A DNA stretch of 64,000 bases from Octopus sinensis (taxonomy: Eukaryota): NCBI RefSeq assembly GCF_006345805.1, contig NC_042999.1:12400001-12464000 (forward strand), read 5' to 3'. The notes under the pieces are model-generated. The model was not told the DNA's origin and did no database searches. It saw only the letters and a list, made by a program, of their open reading frames with translations. Shown one piece after another: positions 1 through 13,125 of this stretch. The translations under genes were made by a program, and so were the position numbers. Position 1 is the stretch's first letter. Each line of letters starts with the position of its first letter.

Positions 1-222
1 CCGTGAAGAGCACATGCCAAGTGCTGGAGCCCTTCTTGAAACTGTGCTGAAAGCTGACAATGGCTGCTTTGAGTAACCTTAGTTCCCAGTCATAATCTAA
101 TTTGGTGTTTTTTGACTTTTTAAAATACTTTTATTTTTGAAGGGGATTTTGTATTTTCTTTTCCTTTTATGCAACCTGTCAAATTCATCCCAAACACCAT
201 GTGTGAGTGCGTGTGTGTGTGA

Positions 223-262
<40 letters not shown>

Positions 263-749
263 TGTGTGTGTAATGTGAAGGCACATGGCCTAGTTGCTAG
301 GCTGTTGCACTCACAATCACTAGATTGTGGGTTTGATTCTCTGACTGGGCAGTACAATGTATTCTTGAGCAAAACACTTCATTTCACATTACTGCAGACC
401 CCCTTCAATCTGGGTGGGATTGTTGGCCTGCTCACCTAGCCAGCAGGATGGTGTCATTTGAGGGTTAAAACAATGCAAAAGCACACTGTGACCAGTGACG
501 TCTAATAACATCTGAGCCTGGTTGGTCCCGTGAAGAGCACATGCCAAGTGCTGGAGCCCTTCTTGAAACTGTGCTGAAAGCTGACAATGGCTGCTTTGAG
601 TAACCTTAGTTCCCAGTCATAATCTAATTTGGTGTTTTTTGACTTTTTAAAATACTTTTATTTTTGAAGGGGATTTTGTATTTTCTTTTCCTTTTATGCA
701 ACCTGTCAAATTCATCCCAAACACCATGTGTGAGTGCGTGTGTGTGTGA

Positions 750-786
<37 letters not shown>

Positions 787-795
787 TGTGTGTGT
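1..795. repeat. Local tandem duplication, 527-bp period, containing (GT)n microsatellites and a SINE
   Basis: 1-~250 recurs essentially identically from 528 (ccgtgaagagcacatgcc...); similarity ends in the (GT)n tracts. Confidence 0.9.
280..525 (+). mobile_element. tRNA-derived SINE (same family as 10408-10663)
   Basis: tRNA-like head ggcacatggcctagttgctagg...gggtttgattc; body aaaacaatgc...tgtgaccag shared with the 10408-10663 copy. Confidence 0.6.
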
Positions 796-1217
796 TTCTT
801 TGTTTTGATATTTTGCATGATTGTTAACAAGTGTCCCTCATTTCCAGTCTTTTGTGAAAATATGTCAGATCAGGGGAAATACTTAGGTGCTTGGAAATAG
901 ATGAGGGTTGGTCATGGCAAGGGGATCCAGCCATAGAAACTATGCCTTAACAAATTCCATCCAGTACATGGAAGAAGACATTGAAATAGTTAAGATGATG
1001 ATGATGTTTATTTAAAAATGTAATCCAAGGTAGCTATGTACAATATTTTGTGGGGTTTTCCCTCAATTCAATCGCTTGCTATAAACAGTGGAAACTTGCA
1101 AATCACCATAAACAAGACTTTACACACAGCAACCCGTGCTAGCGCGGAAAACGGACGTTAAACGATGATGATGATGATATTTATTTTGAATTTGTTTGTT
1201 TTATTTCATATTTTCAG

Positions 1218-1346
1218 GTGTCTATAATGAGGTGAAACAGATGAGAGAAGCTTGTGGAGACGCTCACCTGAAAGCCATCTTAGCTGTTGGAGAACTTGGA
1301 AGTATGGTGAATGTTTATAAAGCATCTGTTGTCTGCATGATGGCAG
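1218..1346 (+). CDS. DERA: Deoxyribose-phosphate aldolase, internal exon (VYNEVKQMREACGDAHLKAILAVGELGSMVNVYKASVVCMMA)
   Basis: ttttcag acceptor and gtatgg donor; peptide matches animal DERA (ACGEAHLKTILATGELG...VYKASM.AMMAG); phase 1-1; upstream exons lie outside the window. Confidence 0.95.
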
Positions 1347-1818
1347 GTATGGTTGTTGTTGGTCGTTTTGTTTTTTTTAAATATACCAACGTGTAAAATA
1401 TTGGGTTGTCAGAGAAATCCGTTTCAGTTTCTACTTGGCAATGCCATGGTTACCGTTTTGGAAAAAGATGAAATTTATTCAAGTTTCAAAACTGATTAAC
1501 AAAAGTTGTAGAGAAAGAATAGAACTACCAAAAAAAAAAAAAGAATAAAAAGAAAACATAAAACACTATCATAAAAACATTTTTCAAGTTAATTCAAATA
1601 AAATTGGAAAGGATTAAATTAAATGGTAAAAGTAAAAAAACGAATAAATTTATGACAATTCAATATATGTTATAGGCTAAAAGATAAAATTGCCAGTTGT
1701 TGTTGGCAAATAAATTTTCTTGCTAATCCTTAATGGTCTCGTTAATAGTATACCTGCCATTGTTGTTGTTCATAAATTTTAGATTCTCACAGGGTTACCA
1801 TCTTTCTTGTTATCACAG

Positions 1819-1931
1819 GAAGTGATTTTATCAAGACTTCAACTGGTAAAGAAAGTGTGAATGCTACTTTCCCAGTAGGAATTGTGATGGCCAGAGCAAT
1901 CCGAGACTATTACAAAAAAACTGGATACAAG
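1819..1931 (+). CDS. DERA: DERA internal exon with catalytic Lys motif (SDFIKTSTGKESVNATFPVGIVMARAIRDYYKKTGYK)
   Basis: tatcacag acceptor; DFIKTSTG Schiff-base motif; ends at AAG|GCAAGA (GC donor), in phase with the next exon. Confidence 0.95.
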
Positions 1932-4064
1932 GCAAGAAAAAGAAATGACTTTTTTTAAAATTATTATTATTCAAATAAATTTTCTTTTTTCTCCTAGAGT
2001 ATTGAAAACTTTTGATGAACAAAGACTTATTGTAATCATCATAACTGACCCATTTAAAAGTACCCCTTCCCACAAATTACTGCCCTTGTGGCAAACTTTG
2101 AAACTATTATTATTGTTTTTGTTAGGGCTGTGGATTGGTAGAGTTGTTAAAGCATTGGAGAAAATACTCAAATTCTCTTTCTTTTGAATCTAGATGTTCT
2201 AAGCTCAAATCCTGCTATAGTCAACTTTGCTTTTCACTTTTTCAGGGTCACTTATTATTAAGGTCCTAAGACGATATGCTTGATTTGACTTTGCCTTTCA
2301 TCTCTCCAAGATTGAGATCTTCCACTCATACCAACATGGCAGATGCTTGTTAAATGATGATTGAATCTGTTGTCATCTTTCTTAAAAATATGTAGCTTTT
2401 GTACCCCTCTCAACCCTTGGCATACTGCACTGCTCTCAATTAAGGGGTCTTGTCTTGCAAGCTACTTGGTAATTTCATTAGTGCTGGTTTCACGTATAAA
2501 AGTACCCAGTTCAGGGGTTGTAAACTGATTGTCATTAAGAAGGGCATCCAGTTGTAGAAACCTGGCCAAAGAAGACATTGGAACTTAACACAGACATGTT
2601 GGATCCTGTCAAACCATCCAACCTGTGCCAGAATGGACTAGCGCTGCTGAATCATCATTTAATGTCCATTTTCCATGCTGGCATGGGTTGGACGGTTTTA
2701 CTGGAGATGATAAGTCAGGGAGTTGCACCAGACTCCAAATAATGATGGTGCATTCTACCTACCTGTCTCTGTTTTGTGTTTCTCTCCAGAAATGTTATTT
2801 GACAAACGAAATCTGTCCCTGCAAAAATGTTATATTTTGATCTCAGAGGGATTTAAATATGGAATATAATTTGAATAAATATTGAAAGGTATTTTCTTGC
2901 ACTGCTGTAACAGCTGCACTTGCTCACTGCCTTAAATAACAATCTCTGTGTTAATAAAATAATAACTCCTGTTTGTGTCACACTCCAGAAATTTGATTTA
3001 AAGGAAGAAACTTTTTACATAAAAAACAGTTTTTATGAAAGGAATGGTATTCATTTCAGTGAGACATTTTAGATAAGAAAAACAAGCTTTTTGCTTACAA
3101 ACACAATAAGAAAACAAAGATGCAATAAGGAATGAAAGAAAGTTTTTAATAAAAAAAAGACACGCAGCTAGTGTTTCTGTTATAAGTTTCACTCATTTGA
3201 CCAGAATTGATGTCTTTAATTTGTCCTTTTTTTGATCTTTGAAGAAACCAAAGCAAAATGAATCTGAATGAGTTTGGAACTTAGATATTGTAACAAAATT
3301 CAATTAATTACTTTGTCTGAGACCATTTCTGCCATCCACTTATAAATATGTAATGATTGTGATGGGCAGACTGACAGAAATGGAAGCCATCTCATATGGT
3401 AGGGGTCAGCCTTTGAAATTAATACTTTTAAATCCTTGGAAGGTTCCATAGAAGTAGTTGGTAGCTTAGGTTAGAAATAAAGGGATTCTTCTTTTAGTGA
3501 GAGGTAGATTCTGACTACCTTGTTGCATGTTAGCAGACTGAAAGGATGTGTGAAGACTGAGCTTTCTGTGCTGGATATGCAATGAGAGTGTGAAAGAGGA
3601 ATCAGATGTGCAAACAAGAAGCTAATTGGCCTGGTGGTTTGGTTGTTGCATTCGTTATTGCAAGATTGTAGTTTCAGTTCCTATACCGGGTTGTGCATTG
3701 TACTCTTGAGCAAAGCACTTCACTCCATGTTGCTCTGTGGTCATTTCGACATCTGATTTGATGGAGGGAGTGAGCTAACGTTCAGCACAAACATTTGTGC
3801 AGTTTGTTGCAGAATCCTCGTTTGTTGTCTCCAACAGGAGAATCTCTCCAAGTAGAGAGAAAAAGTACCAAGTGGAAAGAACCTGTTTAAAAGAGAGGAA
3901 GACACGAGTTGACATGGTGAAAGCTGATCTCAGGCAGCAGAAACTTAGAAAGGCAATGAAAAGTGACTACAATAAGTGGGAAAACACTGTGCTGCAGAAG
4001 GGCCCCCATTCAACTGATGGAATCATGGGGAAACAGGTTTAAAAATTAGGATCATGATGCAGAC

Positions 4065-4445
4065 AGAAGTGGATGATTGAGAAGTTTGCTTCCCAACCTC
4101 TTGGTTTCCGGTTCAGTCCCACTGCGTGGCACCTTGGGCAAGTGTCATCTACTATAGACCCAGGCCAACCAAAGTCTTGTGAATGGATTTGTTTGATGAA
4201 AACTTAAAGAAACCCATCATTCGTTTGTATAAGCATATCCATGTCTTGATTCCACAGCATAGTTGCAAATAAGCATCACTGCCATACAGGCAGTGTCCTT
4301 CATTTCCAAATGTTCATGGAAGCACGTGGCCAGGAGGAAACTTTACCTTGCTTGGAAACAGGTGAGACTTTGGGCATCCAGCCATGGATAAGTCTACCTC
4401 AACAAATGAGAGCATGGAAAAGTGGACATTAAAACACAATGATGA
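4065..4445 (+). mobile_element. Abundant octopus-type tRNA-derived SINE
   Basis: ggttccggttcagtcccactgcgtggcaccttgggcaagtg head; tail agcatggaaaagtggacattaaa...gatga resembles the RTE 3' end. Confidence 0.75.
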
Positions 4446-4568
4446 CCATTTAGAAGTATTTCTATTGCAAGTGTGTCTAATAATTTGAATCAGTTAAAAA
4501 GATGTATTTATTTTTTAACCATGTTGCTAAACATTTAGTTTACATCTCTTTTTCTTCCTATATTACAG

Positions 4569-4775
4569 GTTGGTTTCAAAGCAGCTGGTGGTATTCATTC
4601 TGCCAAAGATGCTTGTACATGGCTCTCATTAATGAAAGAAGAACTTGGAGATGAATGGACACAGCCTCATTTATTCAGAATTGGTGCCTCTTCCCTTTTG
4701 GGGGACATTGAAAGGCAGATTTTCCATCATGTTACAGGTCGTTATGCAGCGGCTTTCGAACTGCCATCAGCTTGA
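4569..4775 (+). CDS. DERA: DERA terminal exon (VGFKAAGGIHSAKD...FRIGASSLLGDIERQIFHHVTGRYAAAFELPSA*)
   Basis: ttacag acceptor; GFKxAGG and FRIGAS motifs; TGA at 4773-4775. Confidence 0.96.
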   Translation, partial: VGFKAAGGIHSAKDACTWLSLMKEELGDEWTQPHLFRIGASSLLGDIERQIFHHVTGRYAAAFELPSA

Positions 4776-4979
4776 ATCTATTAATCAACCATCACAATGG
4801 TCTTATTGAAGTCCGTTGATATAAAGCTATAGATTTATTTTTATATAACCATGATTCATTACTGGCTGTATTTAGTATCTGGCTACAGACACACACTCTT
4901 TTCAAAGATTGTATTTGTTTTTTTATAGCTCTTTATGTTAAATTTAAATATTTTTACAAAAAAGAAAGAAAAAAAATTA

Positions 4980-4985
4980 AATAAA
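4980..4985 (+). promoter_or_regulatory. Candidate DERA polyadenylation signal AATAAA
   Basis: AATAAA about 205 nt after the stop codon. Confidence 0.5.
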
Positions 4986-6059
4986 TATTACAGTTTTTAC
5001 CTCTGCAAATTAATGTTCACTAATTATTGATGATTTTTCAAACTTTACCATGGAAACTCTAAGAGAGATCATTTTAGAATGAAGAAAATTTGTGCTGATA
5101 TATTTTATGCAGGAACGATTAAAAAGCTTTGCTCTGTATTCCTCTTGTCCGGCTACTTACTACATTTGCCTTCCTCAGCCATTTCTTTTACATTCTCCCC
5201 CTTACTGATGGTATTTACCATTGTTCCCCAATTCCACCCTTGTACATTATTCATTGCATTAATGAATGGATGGTTTGACAGGATCTGCGAGGTTGGATGA
5301 CTTGTATCTGCTTTGACATGGTTTCTATGGTTGAACGCTCTTCCTAACACCGACCACTTTACAGAAAGTAATGGATGCTTTTTTTTATTTGTAGCCCCAG
5401 CACTGGTGAGGATGCCATGCTACATGCAAGGCTGAGGCCCTCTTTAGATGAATGGGACAAAAGAAGAGAAGGAGGCAGGTTTATGTGAACAAAGGGAAGA
5501 AAAGCAGGGGCAGGGCTGGTCATGTGGTTAGAGTAAAGATGGAGGGATAGAAATGAATGTCTTGCAGTAAAGATGTGATGGGTAGATATGGGGTGGGGTA
5601 CACTCAAGTTATAGGGATGTGTATATAAGTGGGACCAAGGATTGAATAGGGGGGATGGGTGGGTGAGTTTGTAAGATTGGGAAAAGAAAATGGGAAGTGG
5701 AAGGGAGGGTTTGTTAGGAAGATATTTTGTGGAGAAGGGATTCAATAGGGAAGGCTGGGAGGAGAATACAGAGGATGGTGGTGGGTCATGGGCACAAAGG
5801 ACACTCCTTTTGAATCTCCATTTCACTTGGCTGGATGGGTCTTATCAAGCACAGCAAATCATCAATTGTCTCAGTTCTTTGTCATCTCCTCTGTTAAGCT
5901 AAACATCTGAAGATCATTTTTCACTTCTTTGTCCCACATCTTTCCCCGGGTTTTCCTCTTCCACATTTAGAGAGAGACTTCTTTATGCAGCTGTCTTCAT
6001 CCATAACCATACCAGCACAGTCCTGTCTCTTGCACATTACCTGTGATACCGCTTTATAC

Positions 6060-6512
6060 CAGCTGCTTGACTGGTATCCATGCTAGTGGCATGTAAAAAG
6101 CACCATTCAGGCGTAACTGATACCAGTGTCACTTAACTGGCGCATCAAAAAGACCATTCGAACATGATTGATGCCAGTGTCACCTGACTGGCTTCTGTGG
6201 CACATGAAAGGCATCCATAATCATAAGCAGCACCATAATCAACTGCTACAAAGGTAAAGGTGACACGTTAGATACAAATAATTACAGAGGTATCAAGTTG
6301 TTGGGTCAGGTAATGAAAGTCATGGAGAGGGTCATAGCCCAACTAATTTGGGAGAGAGTCAGTCTAGATGAGATGCAGTTTGGGTTTGTGCCAGGGAAAA
6401 CTAGTCAAATCAGATTGGAACCTGGTGCAGCCTCCTGGCTTGCCAATCCTCAGTTAAACTGTCCGACCCATGACAGCATGGCAATCGAATGTTAAACAGC
6501 ATTAATGATGAT
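6060..6512 (+). mobile_element. Mosaic RTE fragment (3'UTR repeats + RT piece + 3' tail)
   Basis: STIINCYKGKGD...RGIKLL...EMQFGFVPGK joined directly to the 3' tail and (ATG)n. Confidence 0.75.
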
Positions 6513-6549
6513 GACAATATATATAATAAAGATGGAGAGGAGGTTCTGC

Positions 6550-9500
6550 TAGAGTATAAGATTTTCTGGGCAGGGAACACTGATAGGGTCAGGGGCGTGG
6601 GTATACTTCTTGCGGAGAAATGGGTTAAGGTAATTGAGGTAGGCAGAGTCTGCGATAGAATACTTAAGATTAGATTAATGCTGCATCATGGGTTAGCAAC
6701 CATTATCTCGGCCTATACCCACCAGCTGGGGCTACCTGATAGACAGAAAGACCGATTTTATGACACCCTCTTGCAGATTACCTTGTTGACGAATGACAAG
6801 GACCTTCTCTTTGTGGCTGGTGACTTCAATGGACATGTTGGACAACATACAGGGGGTTTCCATGGCGTACATGGAGGCTATGGTTTTGGTTCTTGCAATG
6901 GGGAGGGAACCAGGCTCTTGGAGTTCTGTGTTACAAATGATCTTATGGTTTGTAATACTAACTTCAAGAAACCTGCCAGTCATCTATTCACCTCCCGATC
7001 TGGTAGACACACTAGCCAAATTGACTACATCCTTGCCAGGAAACGGGAAAGATGGTTGCTTATAAATGCCAAAACCTTCCGAGGTGAACAATGCACCCCA
7101 CAACATAGATTAGTAAGTTAGCAACTTCAGGATCAGAGCTAAATGGATGCCCAGAAGATGACCAGCATGGAAGAGAAGGGTCTGGAAGCTTAAGGATCCT
7201 GTGAATGGACAGAGATTTAGAGACATGTTACTCAAAGCTTTTGACAAAATGGAGGAGAATATAGCATCACATGATGGGGAAGACAACTTTTTGAGGGCCG
7301 CTGACCATATCTGTGGATGGTGCAAAGTCCCCTCTCAACCCAAGGTAACGTGTTGGTGGAACAATGTAGTTGACAGGTCTATTAGAAAAAAGAAACAGGC
7401 TTGGAAGGACTGGAAGAACAGTGGTAGCAGGGAAGTGTATCAAACTGCCAAAAGGGAAGCTAGGAGACAGGCTTATTTAGCCAGAGGGGAAGCAGATAAA
7501 AAATTTGCCAATGTTCTGTGTCGTGAGGACCAAAGACTTGAGGTGTTTTGTGTTGCAAGGCAGTGTGTGAGAGAGAATCAGGATGTCGTAGGAGAGAAAT
7601 GTGTCCGCATGGATAATGGCTAACTTGCATTTAACGAGGCTGCAAGGAAAGAGGCTTGGAGACACCATTATGAAAGGTTGCTAAATGAAGGGAATGAATG
7701 GGAGAAAGAGAATCTGTCGAATGTCAACTCAACAGAGCGACCAGCTATCCGAAATTGATCTGTAGAAAAGGCAGAGGTAGAAACTCCATAAGATGTACCC
7801 AGTGTAAGCTATGCACACATAAGATGTGCAGCAATATCAAAGGAAGGCTTACTTGAAAGATTGTTTTACTGTGTGGCAAATTCTCAGGAGCAATAAACAT
7901 TGAAAATGTGCAGAGAACAGCTTCTGTCACATTCCAGTACCTTGGTAGATAAAGCAATTAAAGGTATGAAGACAAGGAAAGCCCTTGGCCCATCAGGAAT
8001 CCCTGCAGAGATGCTTAAAATATCTGGCTCTGTTGGCTATTGTCTAGTCACCCATATAGTCAACCAGGTAATACATAAAGGAGTCATACCCAATGACTGG
8101 TGTAGAAGCACCATAATCAAATGCTACAAAGGTAAAGGTGATGCTTTAGATACAAATAATTACAGAGGTATCAAGCTGTTGGATCAGGTAATGAAGGTCA
8201 CAGCCCAACCAATTAGGGAGAGAGTCAGTTTAGATGAGATGCAGTTTGGGTTCGTGCCAGGGAAAAGCACCACTGATGCTATATTTCTGGTAAGACAGCT
8301 GCAGGAGAAATACCCAGCCAAAGATAAGCCCCTGTACCTGGCTTTCGTTGACATGGAGAAAGCCTTTGACAGGGTCGCCCTGATCCATTATCTGGTGGTC
8401 AATGAGGAAACTAGGGATAGATGAATGGTTAGTGAGAGCTGTGCAAGCCATGTACAGGGATGCTGTCAGTAAGGTGAGTGTAGGCAACAAGTACAGTGAA
8501 GAATTCCGGGTAGAGGTAGGGGTCCACCAAGGATCAGTCCTCAGCCCCCTCTTATAATCCTTCAGGCAATATCAGAGGAATTCAAGACAGGATGCTTCTG
8601 GGAGCTTCTCTATGCTGATAACCTTGCTCTAATTGCTAAGTCAATATCAGAACTGGAGGAGAAGTTTCAAGTGTGGAAGCAAGGATTAGAATTGAAGGGC
8701 CTTAGAAACAACCTAGCAGAAACCAAAGTCTCAATAAGTAGGAAGGCAGACAAACTACAAATCTCTTCAGGTAGATGGCCCTGCTTGATCAGTAGAAAAG
8801 GCATAGGTAAAAACTCTATAAGATGTACCCAGATAAAGCAATGGACACATAAGAGATGCAGTAGTATCAAAGGAAGGCTAACTGGGAAGATAGTTTTTGT
8901 ATGTGGCAGATGCTCAGGAGCAATAAACATTGAAAATGTGCAGAGAACAGCTTCCGTCACATTCCAGGGGGAAAAAAACTAGAAGTAGTTGATAGCATCT
9001 GTTATCTAGGTGACAAAGTCAGTAGCAGAGTCGGGTGCACTGAAAGTGTAGCTGCTAGAATAAGAATAGCCTGGGCAAAGTTCAGAGAGTTTCTACCTTT
9101 GCTGGTGACAAAGGGCCTCTTGCTCAGAGTAAAAGGTAGACTGTATGATGCATGTGTGCGAACAGCCATGCTACATGGCAGTGAAACATGGGCTATGACT
9201 GCTGAGGACATGCATAAGCTTGCAAGGAATGAAGCCAGTATGGTCCACTGGTTGTGTAATGTCAGTGTGCATACACAACACTGTAAGCGCCCTGAGAGAA
9301 AAGTTGGACATAAGAAGCATCAGATGAGGTGTGCAAGAGAGACAGCTGCACTGGTATGGTCATGTGTTGCGAATGGATGAGGACAGCTGTGTGTAAAGTA
9401 TCACAACCTAGCAGTGGAGGGAACCTGTGGAAGAGGAGGACTTGGGATAAGGTGGTGAAGCATGACCTTTGAACATTGGGCCTCACCGAGGCAATGACAA

Positions 9501-10085
9501 GTGACTGAGACCTTTGGAGATATGCTGTGTTTGAGAAGACCCAGTAAGCCAAGTGAGACCATAACCGTGGCCTATGCCAGTGCTATATAACCAGCCCATT
9601 TAAGAGCACCCTTCAATCATTGGACAATAAACTACGCTTGAGAAGACCTGTTGAGGCAAGTGAAATCGTTGTTGTGGCTGATGACAGTTCCGCCTGATTG
9701 GCACTCGTGCCAGTGGAACATTACAAGCACCATTCGAGTGTGATCACTTCCACAGCTGCTGGCTGGCTCCGATGCCGGTGGCACGTAAAAAGTACCATTC
9801 GAGTGTGATCATTGCCAGTGTCGCATGACTGGCTCTTGTGGAGGTGGCACGTAAAAAACACCATTCAAGTATGGTTGTTGTTAGTGCTGCTGGACTGGCT
9901 CCCGTGGAAGTGACTCATAAAAAGTACCATTTGAGCGTGGTCGATGCCAGTACTACCTGAGTGGCCTTCGTGCCAGTGGCATCTAAAAGTGCCCACTATG
10001 CTTTCTGGCTCGCCAGCCCTCAGTCAAACTGTCCAACCCATACCAGCATGGAAAGCGGAAGTTACACAAACAACAATGATGATGT
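6550..10085 (+). mobile_element. RTE-clade LINE, near full-length but inactivated (APE endonuclease + RT + PHD insert + 3'UTR)
   Basis: APE motifs GVGILL, AGDFNGHVG, SQIDYIL; RT motifs NYRGIKLL, QFGFVPGKSTTDAIF, AFVDMEKAFD, HQGSVL; YADD mutated to YADN; stops and frameshifts; (ATG)n-like tail. Confidence 0.93.
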
Positions 10086-10365
10086 GGATATATATATCAG
10101 CCATGTTCTTTGGACTTTCTTTCCTTTTCTCTGGACCTTTCCTCTCTCCTCTTTTTGTCAAAAAACCATATTCAAAACATTCTACACTCCCTTATTTTCC
10201 ATCTTATACTGAATGTCAACCTATTACATTCCAAGTGTACGTCCCTTTGACTATAGCGTACCAACATACCTATATATATATATATATATAGTTATAGCGT
10301 TATACTAATATAGCTGTTGTTTACACCACCTGTCTTCGTCTTTTGTTTTTTTTTGCGAATTCTCT

Positions 10366-10407
<42 letters not shown>

Positions 10408-10408
<1 letters not shown>

Positions 10409-10663
10409 TATTACACATCGCTGGTCACAATGCACTTCACATTGTTTTAGCCTTCGAATGACGCCACCCCGCTGGCTAAGCGAGCAGGCCAACAGAAGAA
10501 AGAGTGGTGAAAGAGTACAGCAGGGATCACCACCCCCTGCCGGAGCCTCGTGGAGCTTTAAGGTGTTTTCACTCAATAAACACTCACAACGCCCAGTCTG
10601 GGAATCGAAACCGCGATCCTACGACCACGAGTCTGCTGCCCTACCAGTGGGCTATTGCGCCTC
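10408..10663 (-). mobile_element. tRNA-derived SINE
   Basis: Minus strand begins ggcgcaatagcccactggtagggc...ggtttcgattccc (A/B-box-like); flanked by (TA)n and (CA)n. Confidence 0.75.
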
Positions 10664-10700
<37 letters not shown>

Positions 10701-10809
10701 TATATTATATGTAGAAAAATACAAACTGGGACAAGAACGTAAAACATTTAGAAGACGATACAAAAAACACGGACGGGACATTCGAAGCCTTCAATCTTCA
10801 GTCAAGAAC

Positions 10810-10863
<54 letters not shown>

Positions 10864-10864
<1 letters not shown>

Positions 10865-12122
10865 TAGCAGAATCGCCTGGCGTTGCTCGGGTTTGTTTTG
10901 ACCCTTTAGAATTGGAATTTTTGAAAAGTAAAATTTTGCATTATGCAGCTTGTTATTTTCTTTAAGTGAACATTTTTCTGGTTGAAACACACCGAAAAAT
11001 GGCGACCCAGCAGTCAAAAAATCGGGATTTTCATAGAAAAAAAGCACTTTTTTGATGTAAATAATTTTTGGTCTTAACATAGTCCTATTCTACGGAAGGA
11101 AGAGCAAGCCTTCTTTTTATCATACTCTCAATTTTGGTCAACTTGCTCCACAGGTTCTCGGAGGAGATAGTGTTAGTTGAAGGCTACCAAACCTGCCACA
11201 CACAGACAACTTCAGCTTTATATATATACTAGCAGTATCGCCCGGCGTTGCTCGGATTTGTAAGGGAAATAACTATAAAGCATTTTTAGAGAGTTATAGC
11301 CAAAAAATAGCAAAAAAATGCATTAAAAATGGAAAAATATGATGGTAAATTTCTTTTTAAATCGTTGACTCATCGTAGACATTTTTAGAGAGTTACTTCC
11401 CTTATATTAAAAAATATGCATTAAAACGGAAAAAAATGATAGTAAATTATTTTTAAAATCGTAGACGCGCGCTAATACCCAGAAGGGCTCGATATTAATC
11501 ACGACTATAAGATACCCGGTTTTGGTTAAACTGCACTGCAAAATGTGGGAGTAGTTAGTAATCTAAATCGGAGTAGACAGACACACAACCTTACTTTTAT
11601 ATATAGACTAGCAGTATCGCCCGGCGTTGCTCGGGTTTGTAGGGGAAATAACTATATAAGCATTTTTAGAGAGTTACTTCCCTTATAGATGCCAATTCGG
11701 ACTTTCTTAGCCATTTCTGTTTTGGTGTCTTCAAGCCATGAAGTCGTTGTTCTAAAAGAACGCTGGTCTCCTTGACAACGCATTACGACATTGATTTCTT
11801 TATACTCCCTTCCCCACAGCTTCACGAGGGAGGGAAGAAGGGGGAGAAGCAAACACAGGTGCAGGTGTTTGAGCGTGGACGCCAACTCCGCCGCCATCGA
11901 CACACGAAAAATTATGCATTAAAATGGAATAAAAAATGTTGTTAAATTATTTTTTAAATCGTAGACTCATCGTAGACGCGCGCTAATAGCCAGACGGGCT
12001 CGATATGAATCACGACTATAAGATACCCGAATTTGGTTAAGCTGCACCGCAAAATGTGGGAGGAGTTAGGAATCTAAATCGTAGGAGACAGACACTCACA
12101 ACTACAGTTTTATATATATAGA
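10864..12122 (-). mobile_element. Three abutting non-autonomous Helitrons (10864-11228, 11229-11607, 11608-12122)
   Basis: On the minus strand each ends in a CCCGAGCAACGCCGGG-type hairpin then CTAG; copies 2 and 3 start TCTATATATA; set in a TA-rich site. Confidence 0.8.
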
Positions 12123-12686
12123 TATATATATATATTTATAATGTAGTCTTTGCTTGTGGCTTGTCAGCAAGTTACCATTGATTTTACGTCTATTATTACC
12201 CTTAGCAATATAGGTGATTCATCAGAGCTGTAGGCCTGGTGGACATAACCGTGTACTAATGGAGATGCGAATATGGTGTTGTTCAGCCAGGCTTGTGAGG
12301 AAAAAACAGGAAAAAAAACCGGAATGAAATTTTTTTGAAGTGTCAGCTCATTGTGGGCAAGATGGTGTTATCTCCCTTAGACCGGTTCGCGTTGCATCCG
12401 AAGAGTCCGTATAAATATGATTTCTGTTCACTAGTCCGGCGAGCAGAGAAGTCCGAGTCTCTACAACGACTACATAAAATATTACAGCTTAAAAAATTGT
12501 TTAGAATGCTTTTTTTTTTATAGTTATGAACAACTGATCGATTATATATATATTTACATACAAAATTTAGAGGACTGACCACGAAATTTTGTGTGTAAAA
12601 AAATGTTTAATCTTCGGATTTTTTAGAAATATGCTAAACCACTGGTTTTAATTGATTAATATCAATTTCTACCCTTATTTAATTTT

Positions 12687-13000
<314 letters not shown>

Positions 13001-13125
13001 CTATATCTGTATGAATTTTCAATTTAAATGATGATAAAATGGACAAAACTTTTGACTGACAAAAGTTTTCTCCATTTTGTGATTATTTAAATTTGATTCC
13101 TGATAAACTTTTGTTTCTTCTGTTA

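Noticed and set aside
97-900. His/Thr- and Cys/Val-rich ORFs
   Set aside because: Translations of (GT)n tracts in a DERA intron.
5359-5902. 155-aa and 70-aa ORFs after DERA
   Set aside because: By-products of purine/pyrimidine strand bias with no recognisable domain.
10590-10663. Functional tRNA gene
   Set aside because: The tRNA-like head runs into a SINE body shared with other copies, and no clean cloverleaf is evident.
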